Positions 37,597 to 48,639 of a stretch of DNA of 64,000 bases are shown here, piece by piece. The DNA comes from an uncultured Candidatus Rokubacteria bacterium. GTDB taxonomy: Bacteria; Methylomirabilota; Methylomirabilia; Rokubacteriales; CSP1-6. Position numbers and translations under genes: made by a program. Where the stretch lies: NCBI GenBank assembly GCA_963771355.1, contig CAVYTA010000006.1, positions 1 through 64,000 on the forward strand, read 5' to 3'. The number at the start of each line of letters is the position of its first letter. The first letter of the stretch is position 1. The notes beneath the pieces are model-generated. The model worked only from the letters and a program-made list of their open reading frames with translations. It searched no databases and was not told the origin of the DNA.

Positions 37597-39141
37597 ATGA
37601 GGCTGCTAGCCGTGCATCCCAGCGGTCTGATGTATTCCAAGATCTATCTCCGCCTCGAGCCGCTCGGGCTCGAGCTCGTGGCCGCTGCGGCGCGGCGCGG
37701 CGGTCACGAGGTCGAGCTGATCGACCTGCAGGTCGAGACCGAGGCGGACTATTTCCGGCTGCTCGACCGCTGGCAGCCCGATGCGGTGGCTTTCTCTCTC
37801 AACTACCTCGCCAATGTGCCCGAGGTCCTCGACCTCGCCAAGGCGACGCGCGAGCGCCGGCCCGGCTGCTTCATCTTCGCCGGCGGCCACAGCGGCTCCT
37901 TCACGGCCGATGAGCTCCTCCGTCACGGCGACGGCGCGCTTGACTGCGTGCTGCGCGGAGAGGGCGAGGCCTCGATCGTTCTGCTGCTCGAGGCGGCGGC
38001 TCACGGCCGGAGCGCGCTCGAACAGGTGCCCGGCGCAGTCACGCTCGACGGGGAGGGACCGGCGCCCATCTTCGTGCAGCACCTCGACGACCTGCTGCCC
38101 GCCCGCGACCTGCTGCGCCACCGGTCCAGGTACTATATCGGCCAGCTCGACCCGTGCGCGTCGATCGAGTTCAGCCGCGGCTGCCCGTGGGATTGCACCT
38201 TCTGCAGCGCGTGGACCTTCTACGGGCGCAACTACCGCACGAAGACACCCGAGCGGGCGGTCGAGGAGATCGAGCAGATCCGGGAGCCTGGTCTGTTCAT
38301 CCTGGACGACGTTGCCTTCATCCAGGCGGAGCACGGCATGGCCATCGGCGAGGCTATCGCCCGGAAAGGCATCCAGAAGCAGTACTGGCTCGAGACCCGG
38401 GCCGATGTGCTGCTGCGCAACAAGGAGGTCTTCCAGCTCTGGTCGCGCATCGGGCTCCAGATCATGTTCATCGGCATCGAGGCCATCGACGAGGAGGGCC
38501 TCAAGAAGTTCCGCAAGCGCGTCAGCTCCGTCAAGAACTTTGAGGCGCTCGAGTTCGCGCGCGGCATGGGCATCGACGTGGCGATCAACATCATCGCCGA
38601 CCCCGACTGGGATCGCGAGCGCTTCCGGGTCATCCGGGAGTGGTGCCTGGAGATCCCCGAGATCGTGAACATCAGCGTCAATACCCCTTATCCGGGGACC
38701 GAGACATGGTCCACGGAGGGGCGCAAGCTGGTGACCCGCGATTACCGCCTCTTCGATATCCAGCACGCGGTGCTCCCCACGAAGATGCCGCTGCCCGAGT
38801 TCTACGCGGAGCTGGTGCGGACGCAACAGGTGCTGAATCGCAAGCATCTCGGGGCGAGGCAGATCTGGGGCATGGCCAGGACCGTCGCACGTCTCCTTGC
38901 CCATGGTCAGACGAACTTCCTCAAGATGCTCTTCAAGTTCAATAGCGTCTATGATCCGAGGCTGCAGATGGCGGACCACGCGCGACCGGTCCGGTACGAG
39001 ATCTCGCTGCCACCGGAGCCGCGGGCCAAGGTCGACCCGATCGCGCTCTACGTCCACAAGAGCCAGGGCCGGCGCGGCCGTCAAATCGACAATGCCACCG
39101 AGCGATTCGTCGAGGACACGCGCATGGGCGTGGTCGATTAG
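37597..39141 (+). CDS. hpnR: hopanoid C-3 methylase (B12-dependent radical SAM)
   Basis: LAVHPSGLMYSKIYLRLEPLGLELVA N-terminus, NYLANVPEV, CPWDCTFCSAWTFYGR, DIQHAVLPT. Confidence 0.88.
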   Translation: MRLLAVHPSGLMYSKIYLRLEPLGLELVAAAARRGGHEVELIDLQVETEADYFRLLDRWQPDAVAFSLNYLANVPEVLDLAKATRERRPGCFIFAGGHSGSFTADELLRHGDGALDCVLRGEGEASIVLLLEAAAHGRSALEQVPGAVTLDGEGPAPIFVQHLDDLLPARDLLRHRSRYYIGQLDPCASIEFSRGCPWDCTFCSAWTFYGRNYRTKTPERAVEEIEQIREPGLFILDDVAFIQAEHGMAIGEAIARKGIQKQYWLETRADVLLRNKEVFQLWSRIGLQIMFIGIEAIDEEGLKKFRKRVSSVKNFEALEFARGMGIDVAINIIADPDWDRERFRVIREWCLEIPEIVNISVNTPYPGTETWSTEGRKLVTRDYRLFDIQHAVLPTKMPLPEFYAELVRTQQVLNRKHLGARQIWGMARTVARLLAHGQTNFLKMLFKFNSVYDPRLQMADHARPVRYEISLPPEPRAKVDPIALYVHKSQGRRGRQIDNATERFVEDTRMGVVD

Positions 39142-39327
39142 CCGCACGCGCTAGGAGCCCCTCGCCGACAAGCAGCGCGAGGGGCGACCACCGCGATCCT
39201 GCCGCCCGGGGTCATTGCTTCCCGGCAATTTGTGAGTATCTTGATGCAGCGCTCGTCATCCCAGTCCTACCCATCATGCCCACGTCGTCCTTCGTGCTCG
39301 GCGTGTGGCTGAGCGCAACGGCGGCCC

Positions 39328-40506
39328 CTAGAGACTTCCGTCGGGCGTGCGACCGCCGGCGATCGCCTGGAGCTGCTCCGCCGTGAAGGGTGGCTGGAAC
39401 AGCGCGGCGTTCTCGTGCTGCTGGCGGAAGAGGTCGAGGATCATGTGCATACGGTCGGCCAGATCCGCCCAGTCCTCGGCGCCCGAGCCGCGCAGGGAGT
39501 CCAAGGTCGGATCCACCGTCGTCACGAACGCGACGGCCTCGGGGTCGTCGAGCTTCGCGAGGTGCTCGGGGAAGCTCCCGGTGAGATCCGTCCCGAGGCG
39601 GAGCGTGCGCCCTTCGGGCAGCGCGAACATCATCAGCTCTTCCGTGACGATCCGCCGCACGACGGCGCGAAGCGGCTCGAGTAGCCGGCCGGAGACCTCG
39701 CCGAGCATGTGCTGCGAGCGGGGAACCCGGGCCAGCCGACCGGAGAACAGCGTCTCGGAGAGACGGCGGCCGACCGCGACCGGGTCCGGGATCGGCGCAT
39801 TGAGAGCATCGGCGATCTCCGGTTGGAGCCGTGTCTGCTCGTGCAGCCCGATGCGGACGTTGGCCAGGAACATCAGCTGGGCCCGCGTCTTCGGGTCGGT
39901 GAGTCGGCGCGCCCGATGGTAGTCACGGAAGGCCCCCGCCAGCAGGCGCTGACCCTCGGGTGGGTCTCCCGGGCGCAAGCGTTCCAGGAAACCCTCGACC
40001 GCCGCGTCGTCGTCCCGGGCCCTCAGGATGGGCACGAAGCGAGCGAACTCCGCACCGATCTCGTCGAACACCTTCTTGTTCCCCCTGGCCACGGCGTCGG
40101 CGACGCGGGCGATGCTCAGCAGCGGGGCGCACGCGTCGCGGAGGGCGCTGAGCACCGTGGTCGCGTCGACGGCCCGGCCAGCGGCCCGCCGAAAGTCGCG
40201 GATCCGATCGACGACGACATGGACGGCCGCGGACGTCGCGAACGTCTCCTCGATCTTTCGCCCGAGGTCCTCCCCACGGATGGTCTGGCCAGCCTGCTTG
40301 GACGCCCACGTGGCAAACGTGCACCAGTTGGCGCCGGACCCGAGGGTCGCGCCCGTCGCCGTCGCCAGCTCGTGGTAGGCCTGTGTGATCCTCAGGTTAC
40401 GCAGGAGGGGAGAGGCGCACGCCCCGATGGCTTCGACGTCCGCGACCGACGGGACCCGGGCCCGGGCACCGTCCATCGACCCGCGGCCGGGCTCGGCGAC
40501 ATCCAT
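39328..40506 (-). CDS. conserved-looking hypothetical protein
   Basis: 392-aa ORF; RNLRITQAYHEL, NWCTFATWASKQAG, GLHEQTRLQP. Confidence 0.75.
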   Translation of the reverse strand: MDVAEPGRGSMDGARARVPSVADVEAIGACASPLLRNLRITQAYHELATATGATLGSGANWCTFATWASKQAGQTIRGEDLGRKIEETFATSAAVHVVVDRIRDFRRAAGRAVDATTVLSALRDACAPLLSIARVADAVARGNKKVFDEIGAEFARFVPILRARDDDAAVEGFLERLRPGDPPEGQRLLAGAFRDYHRARRLTDPKTRAQLMFLANVRIGLHEQTRLQPEIADALNAPIPDPVAVGRRLSETLFSGRLARVPRSQHMLGEVSGRLLEPLRAVVRRIVTEELMMFALPEGRTLRLGTDLTGSFPEHLAKLDDPEAVAFVTTVDPTLDSLRGSGAEDWADLADRMHMILDLFRQQHENAALFQPPFTAEQLQAIAGGRTPDGSL

Positions 40507-40615
40507 CGACTACGTCTCCCGTCGGAAGCGCTTGGACACGACGCACTCCCCGAGCGTTGGCTCCGCGATGGCCCTTTGACCCCGAGACGATCTTGCGCCG
40601 TCAGCAGACTCGGGG

Positions 40616-41634
40616 TCAAGAAGCTACGGTCAGCACCACGCGAAACCGCGCTCTCCCGCTGATCATCTGGTCGTATGCTTCGGCGGCATTTTCCATAGGG
40701 TAGCGCTCGATCATGGGGCGGACCCCGGTCAAGGCGCTGAACTGCAGCGTGTCCTCGGAGTCCTTGGCGGTGCCGGACGGCCAGCCCTGGATGGAGCGCC
40801 GCGCCAAGATGAGCTGGGGCGGGTTGATCGAGAGCGGTTCCGGTGGGACTCCCACGATACCAGCTTCCCCCCCGGCGCCAGGCCGTCGATCAGGGCGGAG
40901 ATGGATTTGGCATCGGGTGCGGTCGCCAGGATCACGCGCGCGCCTCCGAGCCTCTGGATGGCTTCGGCCGGCGTGCCCGCGCTGGTGTCGATGTATTCGT
41001 GCGCACCCAGTTTTCTGGCCAGGGGCTCCTTGTCCCCGCCACGCCCGATGGCGACGGTCCGGAAGCCCATCCGGCGGGCGCACTGAATCCCGAGATGGCC
41101 CAGGCCTCCGATGCCCTGGACCGCAACCAGATCGCCCGGCCTCGCCCCGGAATTTCGGAGCGGGTTGTACACGGTGACGCCGGCGCAAAGGAGAGGGGCG
41201 GCCTCCTCGGCGGAGAGGTCGTCCGGGATCGCGGCCACGGCCTCGGCGGGCGCGATCATGTATTCGGCGTAGCCGCCATCGAAGCTGATGGAGGTGATTT
41301 TCTCGAACCGGCAGAGAATGAAATCACCTCTCCGGCAGGCATCGCACGTGAAGCAATGCCCGCCGTGCCAGCCGACGCCCACGCGCTGGCCGGCCTTCCA
41401 GTGGGCCACGTCCGTGCCGACGGCATCGACGCGCCCGGCGATCTCGTGGCCGGGCACGCGGGGATATTGCAGGCCCGGCCAGAGCCCATCCTTGACCATG
41501 ACATCGCTGTGGCAGATCCCGCAGGCCTCCACCTTGATGCGCACTTGCCCGCGGCCGGGCTCCGGGATGGGGCGCTCGACCAGCTCCAGCGGGCCGCCGG
41601 GCTTGCTCACTTGCACCGTCTTCATCAGAGCCAT
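40616..41634 (-). CDS. zinc-dependent alcohol dehydrogenase, frameshift near 40860
   Basis: CGICHSD, GHE, CxxCxxC, GIGGLG; C-terminus ARFRVVL in another frame. Confidence 0.9.
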
Positions 41635-41809
41635 GTTGTGCTCCCTTCCTTTCGCTCTGGGGTGGCGTCACCAGCGTGTGATCCGGAGCGGTCGCGACTT
41701 TTGCCCTTACGACGCAGCGCTTCAGGGGGTGGATTCCGTGTCCGCGGCCTCTAGCGGCGTCAAGTACACTGAGATCTAGCGGCACCACTTCGTAACTCGC
41801 ACAGAGATT

Positions 41810-42430
41810 ATGTCCCAGTTACCGCTCTTCGACAGAGGGAGTGAGACCGTGCTCGTCGACGACGAGCGAGGGCGATTCGTCCATATGCCGGACTTCGCGC
41901 CGGATGAGGTGGCCCTGGCCTGGTTTTCCGAGCTGCGCGAGTCCGTGCCGTGGAAGACGCAACGTCGCCGGATGTACGATCGCGAGGTGGACGTGCCGCG
42001 GCTACTTGCTCATTTCCATCTGTCGCCAGAGGATGGTCGCGCTCCGGACCCGATTCGCGTTGCGGCAGGTCGGGTGGTCGCCGCGACCGGTGTGTCCTTC
42101 AATAGCGTGGGCCTCAACTTCTACCGTGACGGCCGCGACAGCGTGGCGCCGCACAGTGACCACCGGGACGAGATCCTCCCGGGTTTTCCGATCGCGCTGC
42201 TGTCCTTGGGCGCCACTCGCCGCATGACCATCCGCGCGAAGAATCCGCCCAGGCGTGCGATCCATGTTGACCTCGCGGCCGGCAGCCTCCTGCTGATGAG
42301 CTACGAGACGCAACTGCACTACACGCACGGCATCCCCAAGACCAACGAGCCCGTCGGTCCGCGCATCAGCCTGGCGTTTCGCGTGAAACCCACGCGGGAT
42401 CCCGCGGAAGGGGAGGGCGTCTACCGTTGA
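41810..42430 (+). CDS. AlkB-family 2OG-Fe(II) dioxygenase
   Basis: NFYRDGRDSVAPHSD, HGIPK, RISLAFR. Confidence 0.92.
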   Translation: MSQLPLFDRGSETVLVDDERGRFVHMPDFAPDEVALAWFSELRESVPWKTQRRRMYDREVDVPRLLAHFHLSPEDGRAPDPIRVAAGRVVAATGVSFNSVGLNFYRDGRDSVAPHSDHRDEILPGFPIALLSLGATRRMTIRAKNPPRRAIHVDLAAGSLLLMSYETQLHYTHGIPKTNEPVGPRISLAFRVKPTRDPAEGEGVYR

Positions 42431-42473
42431 TACCGTGATCGTGCCGTGTGGAGGCTCCGCATCTGGGAGACGG

Positions 42474-43551
42474 TCATCGGGCCGCCTTCCAGGAGTGCAC
42501 GATCGGCATGACCTCCTTGGCGTAGAGACGAAGCCCGGATTCGGCCAGGTCGAAAGGCGTGCCGCCGAAGCGGAACGAGGTAGCCAGCTCGAAGTCGCCC
42601 ACGAGGGCCCGCCGCTCCTCGAGCTTGCGCAGGATCCGGTCGGGCGTGCCCCAGACCGCGGCCTCCATGAACGCGGAGACGATCCCGTCCATGCCGATCT
42701 CCCGGGCCAGCGCGATCTTCTGCGCGTAGGCGTCGTACCCTTTCACGGTGCTGAAGTGCGCCCCCAGCAGCTCATAGTGGTAGAAGTTGCTCTCCACGAA
42801 CTTGCCCATGTACTGGCGGGCCTTTTCCTCCGCGCCGTCCAGGGTGGGCGTGCAGACGCAGAAGTCCGCCAGCAACGGGGGTCCCGCTTCTTGCCGATGC
42901 AGCTCGCGCACCAGATCGCGGTGCTTCTGGATGGCCGGCATACGCATGGGCCAGGGGCGGTCGGCGAACATCACCATCCGGGCGTTGAGCTGGGCGGCTG
43001 AGACCACCGAGTCGTCGGACGAGGCCACCGCGTACACGCGTCCGTCGAAGCTCCGCGTCGGAGCGCGGCCGGATCTCCGTTCTGGGCTGCCGGTAGAACG
43101 GTCCATCGCCTTCCATGAACCCGGTGCGAAGGGCCCGCAGGATCATCGTCGCGGCCTCGTCGAATCGCCCTCTCGATTCGTCCATCGTGCCCCGGAAGGC
43201 CTCGAACTCCCGGCGCGCAAGGCCGCGCCCCAGGCCGAGGCGGAGGCGACCCCGGCTGAGGTGGTCGAGGACGGACACCTGCTCCGCGACGCGCAGGGGA
43301 TCGTGCCAGGGGAGTATCACGGCGGCGGTGCCGAGCCCGACATCGGGGCGCTCGGCCGCCAGGAAGGACATGAGCTGGAGGTTGTCGGGGCAGAACGAGT
43401 AGTCGTTGAAATGGTGCTCGACTGACCACAGCACGTCGAAGCCGAGGTCGGCGGCCAGCCGCGCGAGCCGGAGCTCCTCGTCCCAGACCTCGCCATCGGC
43501 GATGTTGCTCCATCCGTAGCTCGCGAACACCATCTGCACACCGACGTCCAT
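42474..43551 (-). CDS. luciferase-like (LLM) flavin oxidoreductase, frameshift near 43062
   Basis: WSVEHHF, PLRVAEQVSVLDHLSRGR..LGLGRG; GTPD...EVMP. Confidence 0.88.
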
Positions 43552-43567
43552 CGCGTCCCTCCTCGAA

Positions 43568-43633
43568 CTTAGAAGCCGGGCTTAGAGGCCGGGCTTAGAG
43601 GCCGGGCCTAGAAGGCCGGGCTCAGTGGCCGGG
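43568..43633. repeat. short tandem repeat, 5 x ~13 bp (CTTAGAGGCCGGG)
   Basis: read directly in the divergent intergenic region. Confidence 0.85.
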
Positions 43634-43684
43634 GGGATGATTTCACGATTGCCGCGCGGGCACAATCGCGCGATGCTACCCGTC

Positions 43685-44527
43685 ATGAACGCGAACCGTC
43701 GACCCGTCGCCGTCGTCGTGGGAGCAACCTCCAAGTGGCAAGCGGATGGGCGCAATACCAAGCTGGCGCACGGCAAGGCGCTCGACGACCGCGACCTGCC
43801 GGTCGGCGTGCGCTGGGGCGTGGGTGGCGCCGTCGCCCAGAAGTTCGCCCACGAGGGCTTCGTCACCGTGTTGACGACCCGCAAGGCAGCCAACGCGGCC
43901 GGGCTGGAGAAGGCCATCCAGGAGCAGGGCGGCACGAGCTTCATCGTCGAGCTGGATCTGGTATCGCAGGAGTCCATCGCGAAGGCCTTCGCGACCATTC
44001 GGGAAAGGGCCGGTGATCCGGACGTGCTCGTCTACAACGCGGGCTACCTGGAGGGGCGCGACCTGCCGCCCGACAAGGAGCTACTGGAGCACGTGCCCCT
44101 CGAGATCTTGGAGACCGCGCAGCATATCGCCATCCGCGGGCCGTTCCTGGTGGCGAAGGAAGTGCTGCCCGCCATGCGCAAGCGTGGGGCTGGCTCGTTC
44201 CTGATCTCGAACAACGCGTCGTCGCTACGGGGCCGGAAGCGGTTGACCGGCCAGTCGCTCTACTACCCGCGAGTCATGATGCGCACGCTGGCGCAGGTGC
44301 TGACGGAGGAGTATTCCGAGCACGGCGTGCACGTGGCCAATGTCGTGATCGACGGCCTCATCGACTCCCCGGGCACCCGAGCCCTGGCGCGGGCCCGGGA
44401 GCACCCGGAAATCGTGATGAATCCCGTGAAGATCGCGGAGGCGTTCCACTACCTCCACACCCAGGATCGCTCCTGCTGGACGCACGAGCTTCAGCTGACT
44501 CCCTTCTCGACCAAGCCGAGCTTCTAG
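43685..44527 (+). CDS. short-chain dehydrogenase/reductase-like protein
   Basis: LVYNAG, GVHVANVVIDGLID, WTHELQLTP. Confidence 0.85.
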   Translation: MNANRRPVAVVVGATSKWQADGRNTKLAHGKALDDRDLPVGVRWGVGGAVAQKFAHEGFVTVLTTRKAANAAGLEKAIQEQGGTSFIVELDLVSQESIAKAFATIRERAGDPDVLVYNAGYLEGRDLPPDKELLEHVPLEILETAQHIAIRGPFLVAKEVLPAMRKRGAGSFLISNNASSLRGRKRLTGQSLYYPRVMMRTLAQVLTEEYSEHGVHVANVVIDGLIDSPGTRALARAREHPEIVMNPVKIAEAFHYLHTQDRSCWTHELQLTPFSTKPSF

Positions 44528-44574
44528 TCAGCCGCGTGGTCCGCTGGCTGGCATGTCAGCATGAGGAGATGACC

Positions 44575-46080
44575 ATGACCCTTCGCGTCCTTTCCGTTCT
44601 GATGCTCGCGCTCGCCATGACGGGGTGTGCCAGCACCATGCAGCGCCCGGCCGACCTGACCCAGCTGAGCGTCGTCGACGCGGCGCAGCTGATCCGGGAG
44701 AGAAAGGTCACCAGCGCCGAGCTCACGCAGGCCTACCTCGCGCGGGCGGAGGCCAACCGCGACCTCAATGCGTACATCACGCTGGACCGGGCCGGCGCGC
44801 TCGCGGCCGCCCGGACCGCCGATGCCGAGCTTGCCGCCGGCCGGGTGCGGGGCGCCCTGCACGGCGTGCCGCTCGTGGTGAAGGACAACACGCACGTGGC
44901 GGGGCTCCCGAACAGTGCGGGGACGCCCGCGCTGCGCGGCTTCGTGCCGAGGGTAAACGCCCCCACGGTACAGAGGCTGGTGGATGCCGGTGCGGTCATC
45001 CTGGGCAAGACCAACATGCACGAGCTGGCCTTCGGCATCTCGGGCTACAACGAAGCGTTTTTCACGGCCCAGCCGATCGGGACCCGCAATCCTTACGACC
45101 GCGCTCGCATCGCCGGCGGCAGCTCGAGCGGGACGGGCGCGGCGGTCGGAGGACGCCTGGCGCCGGGCGGGCTGGGTAGCGACACCGGCGGCTCGGTCCG
45201 CGTCCCGGCCGCGCTCACCGGCGGGGCGGGGCTGCGGCCGACGATCTTGCGCTACCCTCAGGAGGGGGTCACGCCGATCGCCCATTCGCGGGACACCGTG
45301 GGCCCGATGGCCCAGACGGTGGCCGACGTCGCGTTGCTCGACTCGGTCATCACCGGCCGTCCTCCCCAGACGCCCGCGTCGCTCAGCGGCGTGAAGCTCG
45401 GCGTGTATCGGTCCTACTTCTTCATGGGCCTGGACCCCGACACCCGGGCCGTCACCGAGGCCGCCCTCGACAAGCTCCGGCGGGCCGGGGTCACTATCGT
45501 CGAGGTGGACATGCCAGACCTGCAGGAGCTGAACGATGGAGCCAGCTTCCCGGTGGCGCTCTACGAGGCCTATGCCGACTTGAGGGCGTACCTCGCGCGC
45601 TATGACACCGGCGTGAGCGTGGAGGAGGTGGCGGCCCAGATCGCCAGCAAGGACGTCAAGCGCACGTACGACGGGCTTGTCGTGCCGCGCAAGCTCCCCG
45701 CGCTCAACGGGGTGGTGGATGCGGCGCCCATGTACAAGGCCGCGATGGAGCAGGCGCGGCCGGCGCTCCTCAAGCACTTCGCCGACACGTTCGCCAGGTA
45801 CGGCATCGACGCGCTGGTCGGCCCGACCACGCCGGCCGTCGCGGTGGCGCAGGGCCCGGAGGCGAGCAGCCTGCCGACGTTCCTGCTCTTCATCCGCAAC
45901 ACGGATCCGGGCAGCAACGCCGGCACCCCGGGACTGACGATCCCCGCCGGCCTCGGGCCCAGCACGGGGCTGCCGGTCGGGCTCTCGCTCGACGGCCCCC
46001 GGGGCAGCGACGAGCGCCTGCTCGCCCTGGGCATGACGATCGAGAGAGTGCTCGGCCGCACGCCGCCGCCGCGGCGGTAG
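44575..46080 (+). CDS. amidase-signature lipoprotein (indoleacetamide hydrolase-like)
   Basis: lipobox MTGC; VKDN, GGSSSG, GSDTGGSVRVPA. Confidence 0.92.
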   Translation: MTLRVLSVLMLALAMTGCASTMQRPADLTQLSVVDAAQLIRERKVTSAELTQAYLARAEANRDLNAYITLDRAGALAAARTADAELAAGRVRGALHGVPLVVKDNTHVAGLPNSAGTPALRGFVPRVNAPTVQRLVDAGAVILGKTNMHELAFGISGYNEAFFTAQPIGTRNPYDRARIAGGSSSGTGAAVGGRLAPGGLGSDTGGSVRVPAALTGGAGLRPTILRYPQEGVTPIAHSRDTVGPMAQTVADVALLDSVITGRPPQTPASLSGVKLGVYRSYFFMGLDPDTRAVTEAALDKLRRAGVTIVEVDMPDLQELNDGASFPVALYEAYADLRAYLARYDTGVSVEEVAAQIASKDVKRTYDGLVVPRKLPALNGVVDAAPMYKAAMEQARPALLKHFADTFARYGIDALVGPTTPAVAVAQGPEASSLPTFLLFIRNTDPGSNAGTPGLTIPAGLGPSTGLPVGLSLDGPRGSDERLLALGMTIERVLGRTPPPRR

Positions 46081-46085
46081 TGTCC

Positions 46086-47294
46086 TCAGGCCTGGAGGAT
46101 CACCCCGGCGCTCAGGAGTCGCTCGATCTCCGTGGCGGCGATGCCGGCGGCGCGCAGCACCTCGACCGTGTGCTGCCCGATCTCAGGGGCGAGAGTCGGC
46201 GGCACCTTGTCCTGACCGCCGACCTGGAGCGGGCTCGACACGGTGAAGGAAGCGCCGGTTCGCGGGTCCTCGATCGGCACTAGCGCGCCGCTGGCGCGCA
46301 TCTGCGCGTCGTGCGGAATGTCGTCGAGGGTCCCGACCACGCCGAACGCCACGCCGGTCTTCTCGAGGATCGGCGACCACGCCGCCCAGTCCTGGGTGGC
46401 GAATAGCTCGTCGAGCACCCCGGTGAGGAGACGAGCGTTCGCGCGCCGGTCGGGCGTCGCCGCGAAGCGCGGATCGGTCAGCAGGTCCTCGCGGCCTATC
46501 CCGCGGGCGAAGGGCTCCCACTGACGCTCGTCGCCCGTGATCGTCAGCATGAACCAGCGCCCATCCCGGCAGCGATACATGTTGGCCAGCGCGCTGATCG
46601 CGTCCTCGCGGGGTGGCCGCACCTCGGTGCGCACACCGCAGAGGATGCCCTGCACGGGGATGGCGTTCATCCAGAGTCCGTTGGCCATCAGCGACGTGGA
46701 GACCATGGTGCCGCGCCCCGTGCGCTCGCGCTGGTAGAGGCCCGCCATGATCGCCGCGAAGAGAGCCGTGCCGGTGGGGTGGTCGCCCATGCCCGGCAGC
46801 GAGCGCGCGGGGGGCACGTCGGGTGAGGCGCGGACCAGGTCCATCAGCCCGGTGCGGGCCCAGAGCGCGATGCTATCGAAGCCCGGCTTGCTGGCCTCCT
46901 CGCCCGTCTCGCCGTAGGCGCTGATCGACGCATAGACCAGGCGCGGGTTGAGCGGGGAGAGGTCCTCATGGCGCACGCGCAACCGCGCCCGCGAGTCGAG
47001 CGGAGCGTTGGTCACGAAGACATCGACGTCGCGCACGAGGTGGTGGAGGAGCTTCTGCCCGTCCTCCGTGCGCAAGTCGATCGCGATGCTGCGCTTGGAG
47101 CGATTGTCGACGATCCAGGGGTAGTTGTAGGGGCTGGGCGGATAGCCGGCGCCGCGCACGCGGTAGACGTCACCCGTCGGCGGCTCCACCTTGATGACGT
47201 CGGCCCCGAAGTCCGCCATGATGGTGGTCGAGACGGGACCCGCGATGAAGTTGGCCGCGTCGATCACGCGGATGCCGTCGAGAAGACGCGTCAT
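46086..47294 (-). CDS. CaiB/BaiF family III CoA-transferase
   Basis: IAGP, DFGADVIKVEPP.GD, NRSKRS, PGFD. Confidence 0.93.
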   Translation of the reverse strand: MTRLLDGIRVIDAANFIAGPVSTTIMADFGADVIKVEPPTGDVYRVRGAGYPPSPYNYPWIVDNRSKRSIAIDLRTEDGQKLLHHLVRDVDVFVTNAPLDSRARLRVRHEDLSPLNPRLVYASISAYGETGEEASKPGFDSIALWARTGLMDLVRASPDVPPARSLPGMGDHPTGTALFAAIMAGLYQRERTGRGTMVSTSLMANGLWMNAIPVQGILCGVRTEVRPPREDAISALANMYRCRDGRWFMLTITGDERQWEPFARGIGREDLLTDPRFAATPDRRANARLLTGVLDELFATQDWAAWSPILEKTGVAFGVVGTLDDIPHDAQMRASGALVPIEDPRTGASFTVSSPLQVGGQDKVPPTLAPEIGQHTVEVLRAAGIAATEIERLLSAGVILQA

Positions 47295-47481
47295 GGGGGG
47301 CTCTCCTTGGGAGAACCGTAACATGAACCAGAGCTGCTCGATCTCGACGGGGCAGGTTCTGCGCTGAACTCGGTCCCGACCTGAATTCTTCCCCAAACGG
47401 TGCTCCCCTCGGTAGACTGTTGTTCTTGCTCCGTAGCGCTCGATAGCACCCGTATTGAACAGCTCACAAGGAGGGACTGCG

Positions 47482-47874
47482 ATGCCCAGAACGACCCAGC
47501 TCACGCTCAGCCTCGTGTCGCGACCCGGCACAATCGCCGCGCTGGCCCGCACGCTCGCGGACGCCGGCGTCAACATCACGGCGCTCAGCGCCGCCGAGGC
47601 GTCCGGCCGTGGGAAGATTCGGCTGCTGGTCAACGATCCTGTCCGCGCCAAGCGCGCGCTCCGCAAGGCCAAGTACCGGGCCACCGAGGAGCCGGCGTTC
47701 GTGTTGCGGCTCCGGAACAAGCCGGGCGCGCTTGCCCGGGTCGCGGCCCGGCTGGCAAAGGAGCGGATCAACGTCCGATCAATCTACGCCACCACCGCGG
47801 GCCGTGGCTCCGCTGTGGTCGTCCTGACGGTGGGAGGCAACGCAAGCAAGGCGCGCAGGGTGCTGGGCCGCTGA
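47482..47874 (+). CDS. tandem ACT-domain protein
   Basis: SRPGTIAALARTLADAGVNI and NKPGALARVAARLAKERINV. Confidence 0.85.
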   Translation: MPRTTQLTLSLVSRPGTIAALARTLADAGVNITALSAAEASGRGKIRLLVNDPVRAKRALRKAKYRATEEPAFVLRLRNKPGALARVAARLAKERINVRSIYATTAGRGSAVVVLTVGGNASKARRVLGR

Positions 47875-48005
47875 CCCCGGTGACCAGCCTCGGTCGGGCC
47901 GGGTAGGGTAGTCCCGCTAACATTCAGCGGTCGGCGAGAGCGGTTCGCTGCTCGGGCTCGCGACGTGCTGAATGAGGCGGTATTGTTGCTCCAGGAGGGA
48001 TGAAC

Positions 48006-48614
48006 ATGGCAAGAGTGCTAGTGACGTTTGCGACTCTCCTGGCGGCATCCAATCAGCGAACCTACAGTGCTCGGGCATGCGGCAGGCAGCAGCCGGGTGG
48101 TCTTTGGGAGGGGTGGCTGGAGTTCATTCCCGATCGCGGTCGGGCAGTGCGGTCGGGACGCGAGACCACGCAGCCGAACCTCGCGGATCTGGAGTACTGG
48201 GCGACCGGGCTGACGCCGGTGTATCTGGAGGGAGCGCTCAAGCGAGCCCTCGCCGGCCCGAGCCGCGTCGTATCCCCGCCTCCCCTGAAGACACCCGCGT
48301 TCGGTGGGCCGGCGCCCGCGTGGATCTCGGCGTCGACCGAACCGGCATTCCATGCCGTGCTGGATCCGTTCTCCGTGTACGCGAAGGGAGACGATCTCCT
48401 CCGCCAAGAGCTCAGCGCGATGAGCCCGTGGCACTTGCGCAACATCATCCGCGCGTACGACCTCGCGAGCTCTCCGAGCCTGGATCTCGAAACGCTGACC
48501 GCCGACGAGCTGATCGGGGTGATCATGTCAGGCGTTCGGGCTCGGAGAGTAGCCGACGCAAAGCCCTCTCCTCGAAAGTCTCCGCGCTCCTCCGTAGGAG
48601 AACAGAGCGGCTGA
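48006..48614 (+). CDS. hypothetical protein
   Basis: AGGAGG RBS; WEGWLEF...RETTQPN...[15 protein letters not shown]. Confidence 0.7.
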   Translation: MARVLVTFATLLAASNQRTYSARACGRQQPGGLWEGWLEFIPDRGRAVRSGRETTQPNLADLEYWATGLTPVYLEGALKRALAGPSRVVSPPPLKTPAFGGPAPAWISASTEPAFHAVLDPFSVYAKGDDLLRQELSAMSPWHLRNIIRAYDLASSPSLDLETLTADELIGVIMSGVRARRVADAKPSPRKSPRSSVGEQSG

Positions 48615-48639
48615 CCAGGTGATGAGCACGAACCTGCGC

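Noticed and set aside
35341..39147. Long antisense ORFs opposite BVMO and hpnR (and similar ones elsewhere)
   Set aside because: Expected shadow frames in high-GC coding DNA, with no motifs.
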